64,000 nt of DNA from Cycas panzhihuaensis (Eukaryota > Plantae > Cycadophyta). The stretch covers positions 71,865,741 through 71,929,740 of the forward strand of contig CM041465.1 in assembly GCA_023213395.1 (NCBI GenBank). The letters are read 5' to 3'. Under the pieces are notes generated by a model. It did no database searches. It had not been told where the DNA came from and saw only the letters and a program-made list of their open reading frames with translations. Shown one piece after another: positions 49,801-62,919 of this stretch. Position 1 is the first letter of the stretch. The number at the start of each line of letters is the position of its first letter. The translations under genes and the position numbers were made by a program.

Positions 49801-50443
49801 CTACTACCTCCTCTTTCCAATGTATATAAGGATATCCCTTGTAGCAAGTTGCTTCTACCCAGATTCATTCAACTTCCAAAGAGCAGTGGATTATTGTTAT
49901 TTGTCCCAAGAGCATTCCCAATCATGCTACTTATGTCTAGGGCTTCCTTCTCCTTGTTGGGTATATGGTCTTAACAGGATTCACCCAACAAATTTCTCTA
50001 CCATTTTATGAAATAAGGGATTCAAAATATGGGTAACGGGATTTCTCATCTCCACAATGTGGCGATTCCACCCTCCACTAGTCAAACTATAAACTTTTAC
50101 AACTATGGAGTTACTTTAATCGAAAGGATTCAAGATTGTGGACACGTTCAAATCTGATTGAAAATCCTCATCTCTAATAAGGTCTTCCTCCAATGCGCAC
50201 CTTCGATTTCCTTCCAGGTTCTTTTCTTCTTCCTCCTCCTCCGATTTTGCTTGTTGGACCAGGGTTGCTTGCTCCTTTTCTTCGAATTTCATAGACCTCT
50301 CGTCTTCTTCCTACTTTCCTTGTGTTGAATTTTGTTAGGGATCCAACCCCTAACTTACCTTCTCTTATATTCTCTTATATCTTCTACTTCTTCTCTCTCT
50401 TATCTTCTCTTATATCTTCTATTTCTTCTACTTCTTCCCTCCT
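43870..50443 (-). pseudogene. gag-pol: Degenerate gag-pol of element B
   Basis: gag (IRQFPSESVNGFDGRL), protease 47972-48166, RT about 45900-46400, RNase H 45124-45684, integrase 43870-45012. Confidence 0.9.
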
Positions 50444-50718
50444 TTTAATATCCCACATGCATAAGTGGAAGGTTGTGTAGAGGCCATTGAGCGCTATATA
50501 TATTTATGTAATATCCCGCATGCATAAGTAGGAAGTTGTGTAGAGACCACAAAGCCATATATATATAATCCTTAGAGTAGGGTATCTTAAATATGATTGT
50601 TATTGCATATAATTGGGAGGTTGCCCCCTCAAAGGGTATTGCAACACAAATGCTCTTTTTGTAGTTATTTGGGTGTTATGTTAGTGTGCAATTGTCATTA
50701 AGGAGTGGTATCCTATCA
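50444..50718 (+). repeat. Element D 5' LTR (start either 50444 or 50507)
   Basis: Ends ...CCTATCA before AG-PBS; begins with two tandem copies of about 63 bp starting T(G/T)TAATATCCC. Confidence 0.65.
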
Positions 50719-51586
50719 AGTGGTATTAGAGCAATCAATACATAGCCTATGGGAGAGTGAAAGGTATTGAATAGTCGTTTTTTTTCCATCAATTTTTCCC
50801 ATCAATAACTATTCTCATTTAATTTTTGTTTAATTACTTTTGCTTTTTTGGCGATAGACAACACTGTAATTGGGCAACTACCCTAACACTGCCACCGGTC
50901 AATTTTCCTTTGCATTTAGTTAGAGACCCTATGTCGAGGGTCTACAAATATCATGAGGATATGTTGTTTTGAACTAAGTGCATTATGGATTTTCCGTCTC
51001 TTGCATGAAGAACTGGAGATCACACTATGAATGAATGGAATTGCACCTCCACGTATCTGCGAGTATATAGGAGGACCCCTTAGATAGGCCTTCCTAGTAT
51101 AGGTAATCATAGGAAACCTATTGGCCGTCTGCAATTTGTAGTGCACCGGTAAGTGGTTAGCTCCAGGAAGTTATTCTTCACGTATCTTAGAGACGGGGTA
51201 GTACGACTGCATAGTAGAGCGTTAGCCTTTGTAAGTTGATACTATTTATGACTGGGATCAGTATATTGGAGGGCCTACAAACCAGACAATCCCAAACCTA
51301 GTGTACTTGGTCAGTCTATTAGTGCTCCGTGTGCACCTAGTTAGTCAGTGAGTCAGTCATCATCAATTTGTTAAATCTAGTGCGTCTAGCAAGTTTGTTA
51401 GTTCATACACACATAGTCAGTCAGTCAGTCAATGGACCAAAAAAGCAAAAAGCAAAAAAACACAAAAAAAAAAAAAAAACATATTGCCTCATTGTAAAAC
51501 ATTGGGGATAGCAGTTTATAAACACCCCATCAAATCCTTTTTCTTCATATTTACCAACTAGGATTCAACTTAGGTCTTGTGAACAA

Positions 51587-51933
51587 ATGGCCCCTAAGGT
51601 GAACCCTAACTGGACTCAAGATCTCAATGATATTGTCACACAATTTCAAGGAGATATATTACAAATCCAAATTGACTTCAATAAAAAATTTGAAGTAGTA
51701 ATGCTAGAGCTCATAGCCAGGAAACCTTTTAAAGAAGAAAGATCGAATTTGATGATATTGGGGGGGGGGATAGGTGGTCACTTCGCTAAAGAAGATGAAG
51801 ATAATGACAGCAGGTGCTTCCGTCCCAACTTTCTTCCCAAGGTAGAAATCAAGAAGTTCAATGGCACAAATGTGCGTACTTGGATCGCCCAAATGGAACA
51901 ATACTTTTCTCTTCATCAAGTTCCAGCAGATAA
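51587..51933 (+). pseudogene. gag: Element D gag, N-terminal part
   Basis: PKVEIKKFNGTNVRTWIAQMEQYF; interrupted by A2. Confidence 0.85.
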
Positions 51934-52816
51934 TGTTGGGGTGTATTTTGGCACATAGGCTATGAGAAATGAGGAAGGTAGGCTTCTATTGACTAGAGGA
52001 ATGTAGGTACAGACCATACGGAGGCAAGCATGGTGGAAGAAAGCTATATGGAACCATTATGGGCACGTATGATAGGTATGTACCTTGTTGGTATGCAACA
52101 TAGGTACGTACCATTCCAGGTATGTTAGCAGACAAAAAAATGCATGGTCAAACCTGAACCAAGAGCGCCCAGAATGGATGATATCAGCACTGACAGACAT
52201 ACATACGGATGTACAGACAGCAAAGGACACCATTAAGAAAGTTAACCATGTGGTTAAAGTGAAAAGGCACATGTGTTAGGAAAAGTTATGGTTATGACCA
52301 TGGATCATAACCATTCATTCAAAGGACACCAAAATGGATATTTAATGGCACTTTTCTTATCATTTTAGGGGTGAGAGACAAATATTCCTTCCATGAGGCA
52401 GTATGACAGCTAGCAAGACAGTATAGAGTAGAGGATTAGTGGATGCATTCTGGATACATTCCCTGTTTTGGACGTATGTAACAATCATAGTGTTTATGGC
52501 TGGAATGTATGCAGGATACGTGCTAGAACTAGATGTATGAGATATATTGCTTAATAAAATAGGGAGTTACATGGAATATTATGTTGTATGCGTACCATGA
52601 TGATTGTATAGGTGGAATGTATGTTGTTTGATGTACTGTTATGTGGAAATTGTGATATTATTGTGATAATTCAAATAAATGTATGTTAATTCTGTGTATA
52701 TGAGACCCTTAATGATAATGAATGGGAGAAGCATGTTGACTGTATCCTAAGCTAGACTATTAGTGATTCCTTGGCAAGTGCCTGTTTCACAACTGTAGTG
52801 AAACATTAAGTCAACA
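51934..52816 (+). repeat. A2 5' LTR (883 bp)
   Basis: TGTTGGGG...GTCAACA; direct repeat of 58510-59378. Confidence 0.93.
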
Positions 52817-52999
52817 CTAGTTCTGTTGCCTATGTCCACTGAGGAGGGACTGGGCCAGGAGTTTTCACAAGGGGAGAATGTTCAAAGGATAGAGGACCCT
52901 AGCTGTCGTCGTGATGGCGGGCCATAACTAAACCTCTGATAGCCAAGGGACCTTCTAATGCCACCTAAGAGGCCTTCAAAGGCAAGAGAACCACAAAAG

Positions 53000-55900
53000 G
53001 GTACTTCATCTAAAGGGAAAGAAACAAGCAGACAAAGGGCATTACGATGATCAAAGGAATCAAAATTAGGAAGGGCAAGAAGATTGAGTCTATATAATAA
53101 CGAGACTAAGGGACAGTCCGTTGAAGAATCTGAGGCAAGTGGAGCCCAGACACCTCAAGAACAAAGAGAGGAAAGAAATGGCGAGCAAATGGCACTAACA
53201 CCTGCCCCCATTAAGTATGACCTTTTAAGCCCAAAAAAGGAGGAAAATCCAGAAGGAGATTTGGAACAAAACGACACCCTAGGGATGGAGGAATATACAA
53301 GTGTGGATAATACCCTAAAGGACCTAAGTGATAATGAGAAGAAGGCAGAGGAAGGTCCCTCAACGTATTGGGAAAATAAATTCATAAGGCAACTATTTGA
53401 GGATTCACCGGACAAGGGGTTTGAGCAATCATATCTAGTAGTTACACCATTGATGGTACAAGTGCTAGGAGTACCAAAACCTATACATTTAAAAACACCA
53501 TTCAACAATCCTTTATTTGGGAAAGAGTGCTACACCAAGCATCCAGAATACACCACCTAAAGTGAAGGGTGGAGAAAAGAGAGTAGAATCCTTGGAAAAG
53601 CCAAAAGGAGAAGATCACCACTGGGAAAGACACCAGTGCAGTCGCCAAGGATAGACAACTCGACATATTTTAGAAAACAAATATTCAATGACACATCGGA
53701 TGCAACAGAGCATGTGTACCTATCTCAAAACTTGATTGATGTGAAAAAATTTACAGATGAAGATGAGATAAAGGCTAGATTTGCATGTACGCTAAGGGGA
53801 CTACCACTGGAATGGTACAAGGAGTTAAATAAAAAGGAAACATGGGCCAACATAAAGAAATACTTTGAAGAGAGATTCCAAAAGTTTCAGAGCAATGAAG
53901 TTGTGGAGATTGCCTTGAGAGAGATAAGGCAAAGGCCAGGAGAATCTGTATTAACCTATATCAACAGAATGAAAATAATCATTGCCAATATGATAAACAA
54001 AACAATCACAGACGACAATATGAAAAACTACTTTGTTAGAGGGATGAATGAGAAGTTAAGATCTATGATGCATGCGCATCCTCTGAAATCATTCAAAAAT
54101 GCTCAAGATTTGGCATTGGATTTTAAAGTAGAGATGGATGCCCAAAGTGGAGGGCATGACCCTTTATTACTTAGGTTGCAAGACAAAATAAGGGAAATGA
54201 AGTAAAATCAACACAACTGACCCCTTTGTCAAGGGGGAGTATCAGAGAAGGATTTAGAAATTGAAGCCTTAAGAAAGGAGGTAGCTAGATTGAAAATGGA
54301 AAAGGGAAAAGAGGAAGCAAAGAAATAAAAAGATTGAGAATTCAAAATTGACAAACGGTGTCATATATGCGAGAAAAGTTTGCATACAACTAAGGAGTGT
54401 GAAATCAATCCAAAGAATAGTGCAATACACCAAAGGGATAAGTGGTGCCATATATGTGACATGGATAGTCACAACACTAGGGAATGCTTCTATAACCCCA
54501 GAGGGAGAGTATATAGAGGGCGAGGTCGGGGAACGGGTAGCAACCCACCTCGAAATCTGTACACAACCAGAAGTACACTAGAATCTTCAAAGAAAAAACA
54601 ACCAATGGGAAGGTGTTTGATTTGTCTACATTTCAGGCATTGGAATTTGGATTGCCCAACCAAATAGGAGTATGAACATAAACCATTTGTATACAACAAT
54701 TGCGGGCCAAGTGAGCATAGAATGGGGGAATGCAAAGGAAAGACAAAAGTGACCAACCTGATGACCATCATTCCAGAAAACAGTAAGAATGTAAAGTTGT
54801 AGAATAAATAGAGAGGAAAAGAACTCATAAGTGAGGATTAGCCAAACCACAAAATGGAGATAAGCCACTTCAAGCAAGCAAAGCAAGTTTTGGAGGAGCT
54901 AGCCCAGCAGGAAAATAAAATAATGTTACCAATGGGGAAACCAGAAACAAAATACGTATATGCCAAAAAAAATAAAGCCCAAACAAAGCCAGAGGAACCA
55001 AAGGTGCAACCCCAATTAGTTCATGCAGAAGAATTATTTAAAGGGCTACCAATGGAGGAAATTCCTAAGATGTTATTATTAATGGAGAATCTGGTGAAGC
55101 AATTACAATTAACAATTCCCGTATACCAAGTAATTGATTGGATCAAGGCCTAAATATTATAACAAAGGGAAACTACAAAGAGTCTGAAGAAAATAATGCC
55201 ATCCTTTGACTTGGATCTAATGGTCACAATAACAGTATTAGGGTAGAGATTTTTAAGAGTAATCGTGGATGGAGTAGTAGTAAATGTCCTACCCACCACA
55301 ACATGGCAGAAATTGGGAAGCCCCAAATTGGAAGCAACGACCTATTCGCTAAAGTTAGCAAATGAATTGCTAGTGAGACCAGTGGGGAGACTCACGAATA
55401 TAAAAGTGGACGTCACCGTAATTGTAGTCAAAATTGATTTCACAATCGTGGAAACGGAGAAAGGGGCAACACTTTATCCAACATTGTTAGGACATCCATG
55501 GTTATACAAGACCCAATGTCTTCAGAGTTGGAGAGACATTACTTTTACGTTATCCAATGGGGGAAGCAAAGTAGTCCTCCCAAAGTTGGGAAATAACTCC
55601 ATCGAAATAATACCTGAAGATGCATCCAACACAACCATAGTGAGTGAAGAAACAACATCATCCTTCGACGAGGGGAACTTGTATCGAACCACTAAAGAAC
55701 CAACCAAGTTGATAAACCCCTAAGAGACAGAACCCACCTACTTCGGAGAGATTTACAACTCGTCCGACGATGAAAACAGGGCAAAATTCGTGGATTATTA
55801 GCTACAAGATGCATATGAAGTCAATTATTCTTCCTATAGGTGTAATCTACTTTCTCAGAATGTAATTGATGACATTGATATTAAATCTAAATCTTTTGAT

Positions 55901-56646
55901 TATACAAGTGCTAAAATAACATAGAAAACCTAGAACCAAACCCAAATCCTTACCCTAATTCACCTCCCGCTACCCCAAACCCCTCTAACCCTAGTCTTCC
56001 CTCTACCTCTAGCGTGGGTCTTGAGGTAGACTGCCCTTCCCCACTCCTATCCCAGCCTGAGGAAGGAAGTTATGAACCTTCCTCATCTTCTTTAGAGGTA
56101 CACCCACCCAACAAAAGGTCATTTTCAAATGCCGACACCGAATCTAAGGAAGAAGAAGAGGAACGAGCAGAAAGTATCCCTAGAGATTTTGGTCTAGGAA
56201 ACAAAATTGCCATTCCAGAAGAGAGAAGCCATGATGAATACATTGGAGATTATGTGAAGCCCTTTTATGGAGAACAACTATATAGAACTACCCACTTGAT
56301 ACATTGTAGAGAACATTGGTTGGGAGAAGGAATAATAAACAAAGATCAAGTAAGGGATCATAAGAAGAAATCAACAAAGCATACAACACTAAGGAAAATG
56401 CGAAAAAGATAAGGTCCAACCACCATAACAAGACATTGCATTTCAAGAAGGGTGATAGAGTATGGCGATTCGACAGCAATTCCCAAACACCCAAAGGAGA
56501 AATGAAGATGCATTGGAAAGGCCCATATATGATTGAGAAGGTGTACAATAATGGAACTATCTAGTTGAAGAAACTAGCAGGCCCACTACTACTTGAAATG
56601 GTCAAGGGCAGTAAACTCAAACGCCCTATCACAACTAGGGAGTGAC
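53000..56646 (+). pseudogene. gag: A2 gag + protease + spacer fused to integrase C-terminus
   Basis: ORFs 53084-53560, 53636-54205, 54380-54667, 55265-55723 and 56014-56412, then FKKGDRVW...HWKGPYMIEKVYNNGT. Confidence 0.85.
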
Positions 56647-57321
56647 AAATCCACCAGAGGAATCAACTAGTTGTACCATAACGCGTTACTTGAAGTTGAA
56701 GGTAAATCAGGTTGCTTTGATATTGAAACGTGATTCAGTTCAGTATGTAAATAAAAAAACCAAAAAAAAAAAATAATAAAACAAGAAAATTAACCGTAAC
56801 TCACATCATACAAATAAGCAATATGACAAATCGTCAAGAGAAAAGACACATTACTACAAAGAAGAAGCAAGAGAGTAGCAAATCAGGAAAAATTACACCA
56901 CAAGAGTCAGTAATTTAGTGTACATATCAATGAAATACACTATACGCACCAAAAATGGTATGTTGCTAGGTACGCACAATGTAATTGGGCAGAAATACAC
57001 TATACGTACCAAAAAGGTATGCTATCGGGTACGCACAGAACAAACGGGTGGAAAAGACAAAATATATAATACGTACATGCAACCATTCCTACATGGCACA
57101 CAAATGGAAAAGAGGAGGAATTAGTCCACAATCAACAGTAACAAGGAGCCAGCCCAAAAGTACCACATTCTAGGGAAGGAAAGAGCATGAAAACAGTACA
57201 AAATTTGAAGCAAATTGCCAGATATAATCAATCATTCCAAAAAGGGTATGCATGTAGGGTTTGTCTTGCACTCTCTTATGAATATTTGCATACCTTCTAA
57301 ATTTCCATAATCGTGCCTAGG

Positions 57322-58430
57322 ATGAAGACAGCAGGGTGTCAGGAGACGTTCTTGCCAAAACTAAGAAAGGAATTCGAGGGATTGCCTGCCTAATTCAAAG
57401 CAAAGGTCATACAGGTAGGATGGGGAGAATATATATACCTCAGTCCTTTGTATTAGGACCAAGAATTGATGGATAACATACTATCAAAGTTAAAAAGGGA
57501 TTCAAAGAAAGTAAAGATGGATGCAGAGATAATCCACCTACTCACAGGGCTTCCAAAAGAACGAGAAGTTCCAATTTCCACCAAAAGATCGGAAGTGGAC
57601 CGAGAGACCTGGCTAAGGGAATTCTGCCAGGAAAATACTCAAATATTGTCAAGAGGCATTCGTATAGTGGACATAAGAGATGTTAAATTGCAATAGATAG
57701 AGAAAGTAATAAACACTAGATTCCTATCCAAAAAGAAATATACATACATTCCAGGGGGAATGATGCCAATGCTACCAAAGATTCGAGACAGAGAGTAGCT
57801 AAATTGGTCAGAGATTTTGGCCATAAACAGGGTTTAACAAATTGGAGAGGTCATGATACATCCATTTAAACACCCCTCCTTATTATTGGTTATCTTATTT
57901 CATGAGTGTCCCAAAGTACAACCTCTGCAATCGGCCACCCGTCCACAGGAACATTTGATGAAGCAATGGGTGAAAGTGTTTCTAGAGAACACTCCAGACA
58001 TAGAAATCCAGAGAAGAGTAAAGAAGGACATGACAAAAGTCCTGGAATGGCTACAACAAACTCTAGGGTCACCTATTCCGCACCGCACCAAATAGGCGGT
58101 CCGAAGAAGCACTAAGAGGAGAAGGGATGAAGGAGAACTTGAGGAGGAAGTAGAGGTGGAACCATCCCTTGAGGAATGGACAGAGTTCCCTCCTGTAATG
58201 GAGATAGGAGAGATATCGGCACAACGAACCCAGCCAGGAGGAAAATCACAGGAAATAATTCGTTTACTTCAAAAAATGGAGGAAGAATATAAGGCAAAAA
58301 TAGTTGCCCTTCAAGAAAATTAAGGAAAAGGATTCTATAATAGCAACTCTTACACAAATCAATGAAGAAATCTTAGCTACACGAGAGCAAACGACGGAGC
58401 AAAGGTAGCAAGGGCAACCTTAGAATAGAG
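57322..58430 (+). pseudogene. Extra 3' ORF of A2 (degenerate)
   Basis: MKTAGCQETFLPKL..., MDAEIIHLLTGLPKE, FKHPSLLLVILFHECP, then a coiled-coil-like E/K-rich end; homologous to 1473-1618. Confidence 0.7.
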
Positions 58431-58509
58431 AGGGGTAAGAATACCCTAAAATTTTTGAAAATTTTGATGAGCAAGGATGCTCAACCCTATTTTGTCGACC
58501 CGAGATAGA

Positions 58510-59378
58510 TGTTAGGTGTATTTTGGCACATAGGCTATGAGAAATGAGGAAGGTAGGATTCTATTGACCAGTGGAATGTAGGTACGGACCATACGAAGGC
58601 ACACATGGCAGAAAAAAGATTAAATGGAACCATTCTAGGTATGTATGATAGGTGTGTACCTTTTTGGTATGCAACACACGTATGTACCATTCTACGTTAG
58701 TGGACAAAAATGGAACAGATGGTCGGACTTGAACCAAGAGTGCCCAGAGCAGATGATGTCAGCACCATCGGACGTACGTATGGACGTATAGACAGCAAAG
58801 GACACCATTAAGAAAGTTAACCATGTGGTTAAAGTGAAAAGGCATGTTTTAGGAAAATAAATGGTTATGACCATGGGTCATAACCATTCATTCAAAGGAC
58901 ACCAAAATGGATATTTAATGGTACTTTTCTTATCATTCCAGGGGTGAGAGCTAAGTATTCCTTCCATGAGGCAATACGACAGCCAGTAAGACAGTACGGA
59001 GTAGAGGATCAGTGAATGCATTCTGGATACATTCTCTATTTTGGACGTATGTAACAGTCACAGTGTGTATGGCTAGAATGTATGCAAGATGCGTTCCAGA
59101 ACTAGATGTATGAGATATATTGCTTAATAAAATAAGGAGTTACGTGGAATATTATGTTGTGTGCGTACCATGATGATTGTATGGGTGGAATGTATACTGT
59201 TTGGTGTACTATTGTGTGGAAATTGTGATAATTCAGGTAAATGTATGTTAATTCTGTGTGTATGAGATCCTTAATGATAATGAATGGAAGAAGCATGTTG
59301 AGTGTATCCTAAGCTAGACTACCAGTGATTCCTTGACAAGTGCCCGTTTCACAAGTGTAGTGAAACATTAAGTCAATA
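58510..59378 (+). repeat. A2 3' LTR (869 bp)
   Basis: TGTTAGGTG...GTCAATA (terminal CA changed to TA). Confidence 0.93.
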
Positions 59379-59383
59379 GACAA

Positions 59384-62015
59384 GAAGATCCCTCTTGCCT
59401 CTCTACACATGGAAACCGAACCCTACTAATGGTACCAATGGGTTATGAAAACAATTAGTAAGCTCAATTATCAATGGGAGGGTTTTGTCTAGGACCTTAC
59501 AGCTCAATATGATAATACTTGGGATCATGACCACTTTAACCAGTTAGCTAAAGTCAAACAGGAGGGGACTGTTTCGGCTTATATAGTAGAGTACCAGCGT
59601 CTCTCCATAAGGGTTGATGGTCTTTGTCAGAATAAATTACTTGAGTTGTACATTGGTGGGTTACGAGATGACATCAGACACAAGTTGTGTCTCCTAAAAC
59701 CTGATAACATCTCTACAGCTATCAAATTTTCTTGACATATTGAAGCAAAAAATAAGGCATCTTGACCCCTCCCATGAACATTCCCAAAAAAGCAACCACA
59801 ATTTTAGGTTCCTAGTGTGCGACGAATGACTTCCCAAGAGATGGATGAGAAACGATTGAAAGGGTTATGTTTTCATTGTAACCAAAAGTGGAATAAAGAG
59901 CATAAGTGTCCTGAATGACGCTTATTCATCATTAAGGATGTCTAAGATGATGAACCAGTAGAGGAAGCCTCCTTAGAGCCAGAAAATAATGACTGTTACC
60001 CACCTGAGGAGGAAGAAGAAGATACTGCTACTATCTCTATGCATGCCCCCTACAAACACTTAAACTTATTGGGTACATCAAGAAAAGGAAAGTGGTTGTC
60101 CTCATAAATTATGGGAGCACCCACAATTTTATTAATCGGAAACTTGTTGAAGAACTCATCTGTTTTCCATATCCTATAAAAAATTTCCAGGTTATGGTGG
60201 CTAATGGAGGGGCACTCTCTTGTGGGGAAAAATGCCACAACATCAAGTTGCAAATGGGTGACTATCACCTCTCCACTTCCATGTATGCCATTCTCGTTGG
60301 AGGAGTCCATGTTGTACTGGGGGTACAATGGCTCAAACCACTAGGGACCATTCAGCTAAATATGCAAGAGCTCTTCATCCAATTTACTTATGAAGGAATA
60401 TACTATCAATTGAATGGGATCATTCCTCCTCTAACCCAAATCATTAGCTCACACTATATGGAGAGGCTCATTAAAAAGAGTGGTACAAGAATCATTGCCA
60501 AATGTTATGCTCTGGAAGGTCAAGAAATTCCAACGGAAGGGGACATTCTCCAAGATGATGGTATACCAAATGACTTGAAATTGGTGCTTCACTGCCATAG
60601 CCAAGTCTTTCAAAATATTCCTCAAGGTCTCCCCCTAGTACGTGACCAAGATCATAGCATTGACCTAGTAACTAGAAGCAATCCTCCTTATATTCAACCA
60701 TACTGGTACCCCTACCAGCAAAAGAATGAAATTGAACAACTAGTTCAAGAACTCCTTAATGCTGGTACTATTAGGGAAAGTAAAAGTACCTTTTCTGCCC
60801 CAGTGATTTTAGTAAGAAAAAAGGATGGCTCATTTGGCATGTGTGTAGACTACCGCGAGCTCAATAAGATAATCATCAAGGATAAATTTCCTATACCAAT
60901 CATTGATGAACTCTTAGATGAACCCCATGGGGCAACATTCTTCACATCATTGGACTTGTGGTCAGGATGCCATCAAATTAGGATCAAGGCAGAGGATGTT
61001 CACAAAACTACATTCTGTACACATGAAGGATATTATGAATTTTTAATTATGCCATTTGGCTTGACTAATGGCCCATCCACCTCTCAAGGACTCATGTACA
61101 AACTCTTTCGGCCTTACTTAAGGAAGTTCATGTTAGTCTTTTTTGATGACATTCTGATCTTTAGTCGTACATGGGAAGACCATCTGCAGCATGTTGATAA
61201 GGCATTACAAGTGCTTGCAGATAACCAACTTTATGCCAAAAAATCAAAATGTCTATTTAGGCAAATAGAAATAGAATATTTAGGCCATTTTATCTCTCAA
61301 GAAGGAGTCAAGGTGAATCCTAAGAAAATTGCAATTATCACGAACTGGGCTAAACCCAAAAACATCAAGGATCTTTGTGGGTTCTTAGGAATCACAGGGT
61401 ATTATCAAAAGTTTGTTCAGGGCTATGCAAGAATTGCTTTCCCTTTAATCAACCTGTTACAAAAGGATTCCTTTCATTGGAATGATAAGGCCTCTAAAGT
61501 ATTTGAACACCTAAAGGTGGTTTAAACTACCACTCCAGTCCTCACAATACTAGACTTTACAAAGACCTTCACCATTAAATGCGACGCATCAGGACAAGGC
61601 ATTGGAGCAATCTTAATGCAAGAAGGGAAACCTTTGGCCTTTGAAAGTCATCAACTTACACCCAAGGAACAAGTCAAATCCACCTATGAGAAGGAGATGT
61701 TAGCAATTCTCCATGTAGTTAGGAAATGGTGATAATATTTATTGGGAACACATTTCCAAATTAAAATAGACCATGATAGTTTAAAATATTTCCTATCTCA
61801 AAGGATGGCATCTAAGGAACAACAAAAATGGGTCACCAAAATGCAAGCTTTTAAATTTGAAATCATATATAAAAAAGCCAAGGATAATATAGTTGTTGAT
61901 GCTTTGTCTCGTAAGGAAGAAGGCTCTGCATTATATTCTATCACCATGGTCAATCCCTCTCGGATAGTAGTCACCAAGCAAGAATGGGATTAGGACCCCT
62001 TTACAAAGCAGATCA
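59384..62015 (+). pseudogene. pol: Element D gag C-terminus and pol (PR, RT, RNase H)
   Basis: KGLCFHC knuckle, LINYGSTHNFI, 477-aa ORF with VFFDDILIFS, CDASG, DHDSLKYF, DALSR. Confidence 0.92.
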
Positions 62016-62221
62016 TGTAAAAGGTAATGTTTTACCTTAGGTCATAATATTTAATGTAAGGGTCTTGTATCTCTTCCTCCTCTTTTCTTAAGTTAACAAG
62101 TGGCATCACATCGTTGAGCAGTTGCCATTTGTACCCACCTTGTACTTGTATATATATGCAATGAATCGTCAATAAAGAAGATAGAGAGAGTGAATTCATT
62201 CTTCATCAAGGTTTTGTTACA
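62016..62221 (+). repeat. Copia 5' LTR (206 bp)
   Basis: TGTAAAAGG...TTGTTACA followed directly by the PBS. Confidence 0.93.
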
Positions 62222-62919
62222 TGGTATCAGAGCAGGCTCTTAGGTCCTCCTGCTTGTGAAGAAGCAAATTAGGGCTTCATTAAAAGGAGAAGAACAACAC
62301 TGGAGACAAATTGTTATCACAAGACTCTGTTGTGTGAAGACAAACTGACCAGGCGAATTTGAAAGAAGAATTGTATGGATTTGTACAATTGTAAGGACTT
62401 GTACGAACGTCAAAAATCGAAGTCATCAGAATTTGACAAAACTCACCCAGACCGTAGATCGAGGCCTCCTCTACATCTTTCTCTTCTACATCGACATCAT
62501 TCGGAGCCGTTTCAACCCAGTTTTAGGCAAAAATATAGGCACGCGGGTTTGGAGCCTTCTCTCAGTGTTTTCTCAAAAAATCTGATCAAAATTCCTGGTA
62601 CAAAGTAGTTGAATCTTTCCTCATCATTAGACGAAGAGATTAAGTGCTTGTTTGCATGAATTTAAGTTATTTTTTCTGCATTTTTTCTCAAAAATGTCAA
62701 AAACCCTTGAGCGCGGGTTTACACTTTCATCAGGGATTTTCTCTCACATCTGAAGGCAAATCAAGGAAATAATGACATATTCAGATACTCATTTGAGAGA
62801 CCTTTCATTCAAGACCACTTTCGTCTCTATCTGTACAACTTTAGTTCCGTACGGAAATCCGTATAGTAGGCCGTACAGACATTCAAATCTGTTTTTTCTG
62901 CCTCCAATCATTCTTAACA

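Larger units (their letters stand above)
29604..50443 (-). mobile_element. Non-chromoviral Ty3/gypsy element 'B'; hosts C1/C2 in its 3' LTR and is cut by element D in gag
   Basis: Minus-strand gag, protease (IILDGGSRVN), RT, RNase H, integrase (LFEKWGLDF, WLGPY), extra ORF, PPT GATGGGGGAGA then TGTGTGCGCG at 41483. The LTR resumes left of C1 and ends near TGTGTGTCGCG at about 29604. Confidence 0.82.
51934..59378 (+). mobile_element. Non-autonomous A-family gypsy element A2 (7.4 kb) lacking RT, RNase H and integrase core
   Basis: LTRs 51934-52816 and 58510-59378; TSD GATAA/GACAA; PBS TAGTTCTGTTGCC; gag and protease homologous to A (SEASGAQTPQE); only the integrase GPY tail remains; extra 3' ORF present. 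Confidence 0.92.
50444..62015 (+). mobile_element. Chromovirus-type (Reina-like) gypsy element D, 5' part; hosts A2 and is cut by a copia at 62016
   Basis: LTR to 50718, PBS TGGTATTAGAGC 50721-50732, gag from 51587 resuming at 59384 (KIPLASLHME), PR-RT ORF 60092-61525, RNase H to 61993. Confidence 0.88.

Noticed and set aside
50345-50440. CT-rich short repeats as a regulatory or CRISPR-like array
   Set aside because: Simple slippage repeats in an E/R/K-rich part of B gag; no repeat-spacer structure, and the DNA is eukaryotic.
1267-62221. Two similar 206-bp LTRs in direct orientation could bound one giant element
   Set aside because: The first follows a PPT (3' LTR) and the second precedes a PBS (5' LTR), so they face outward and belong to two separate copies of one family.
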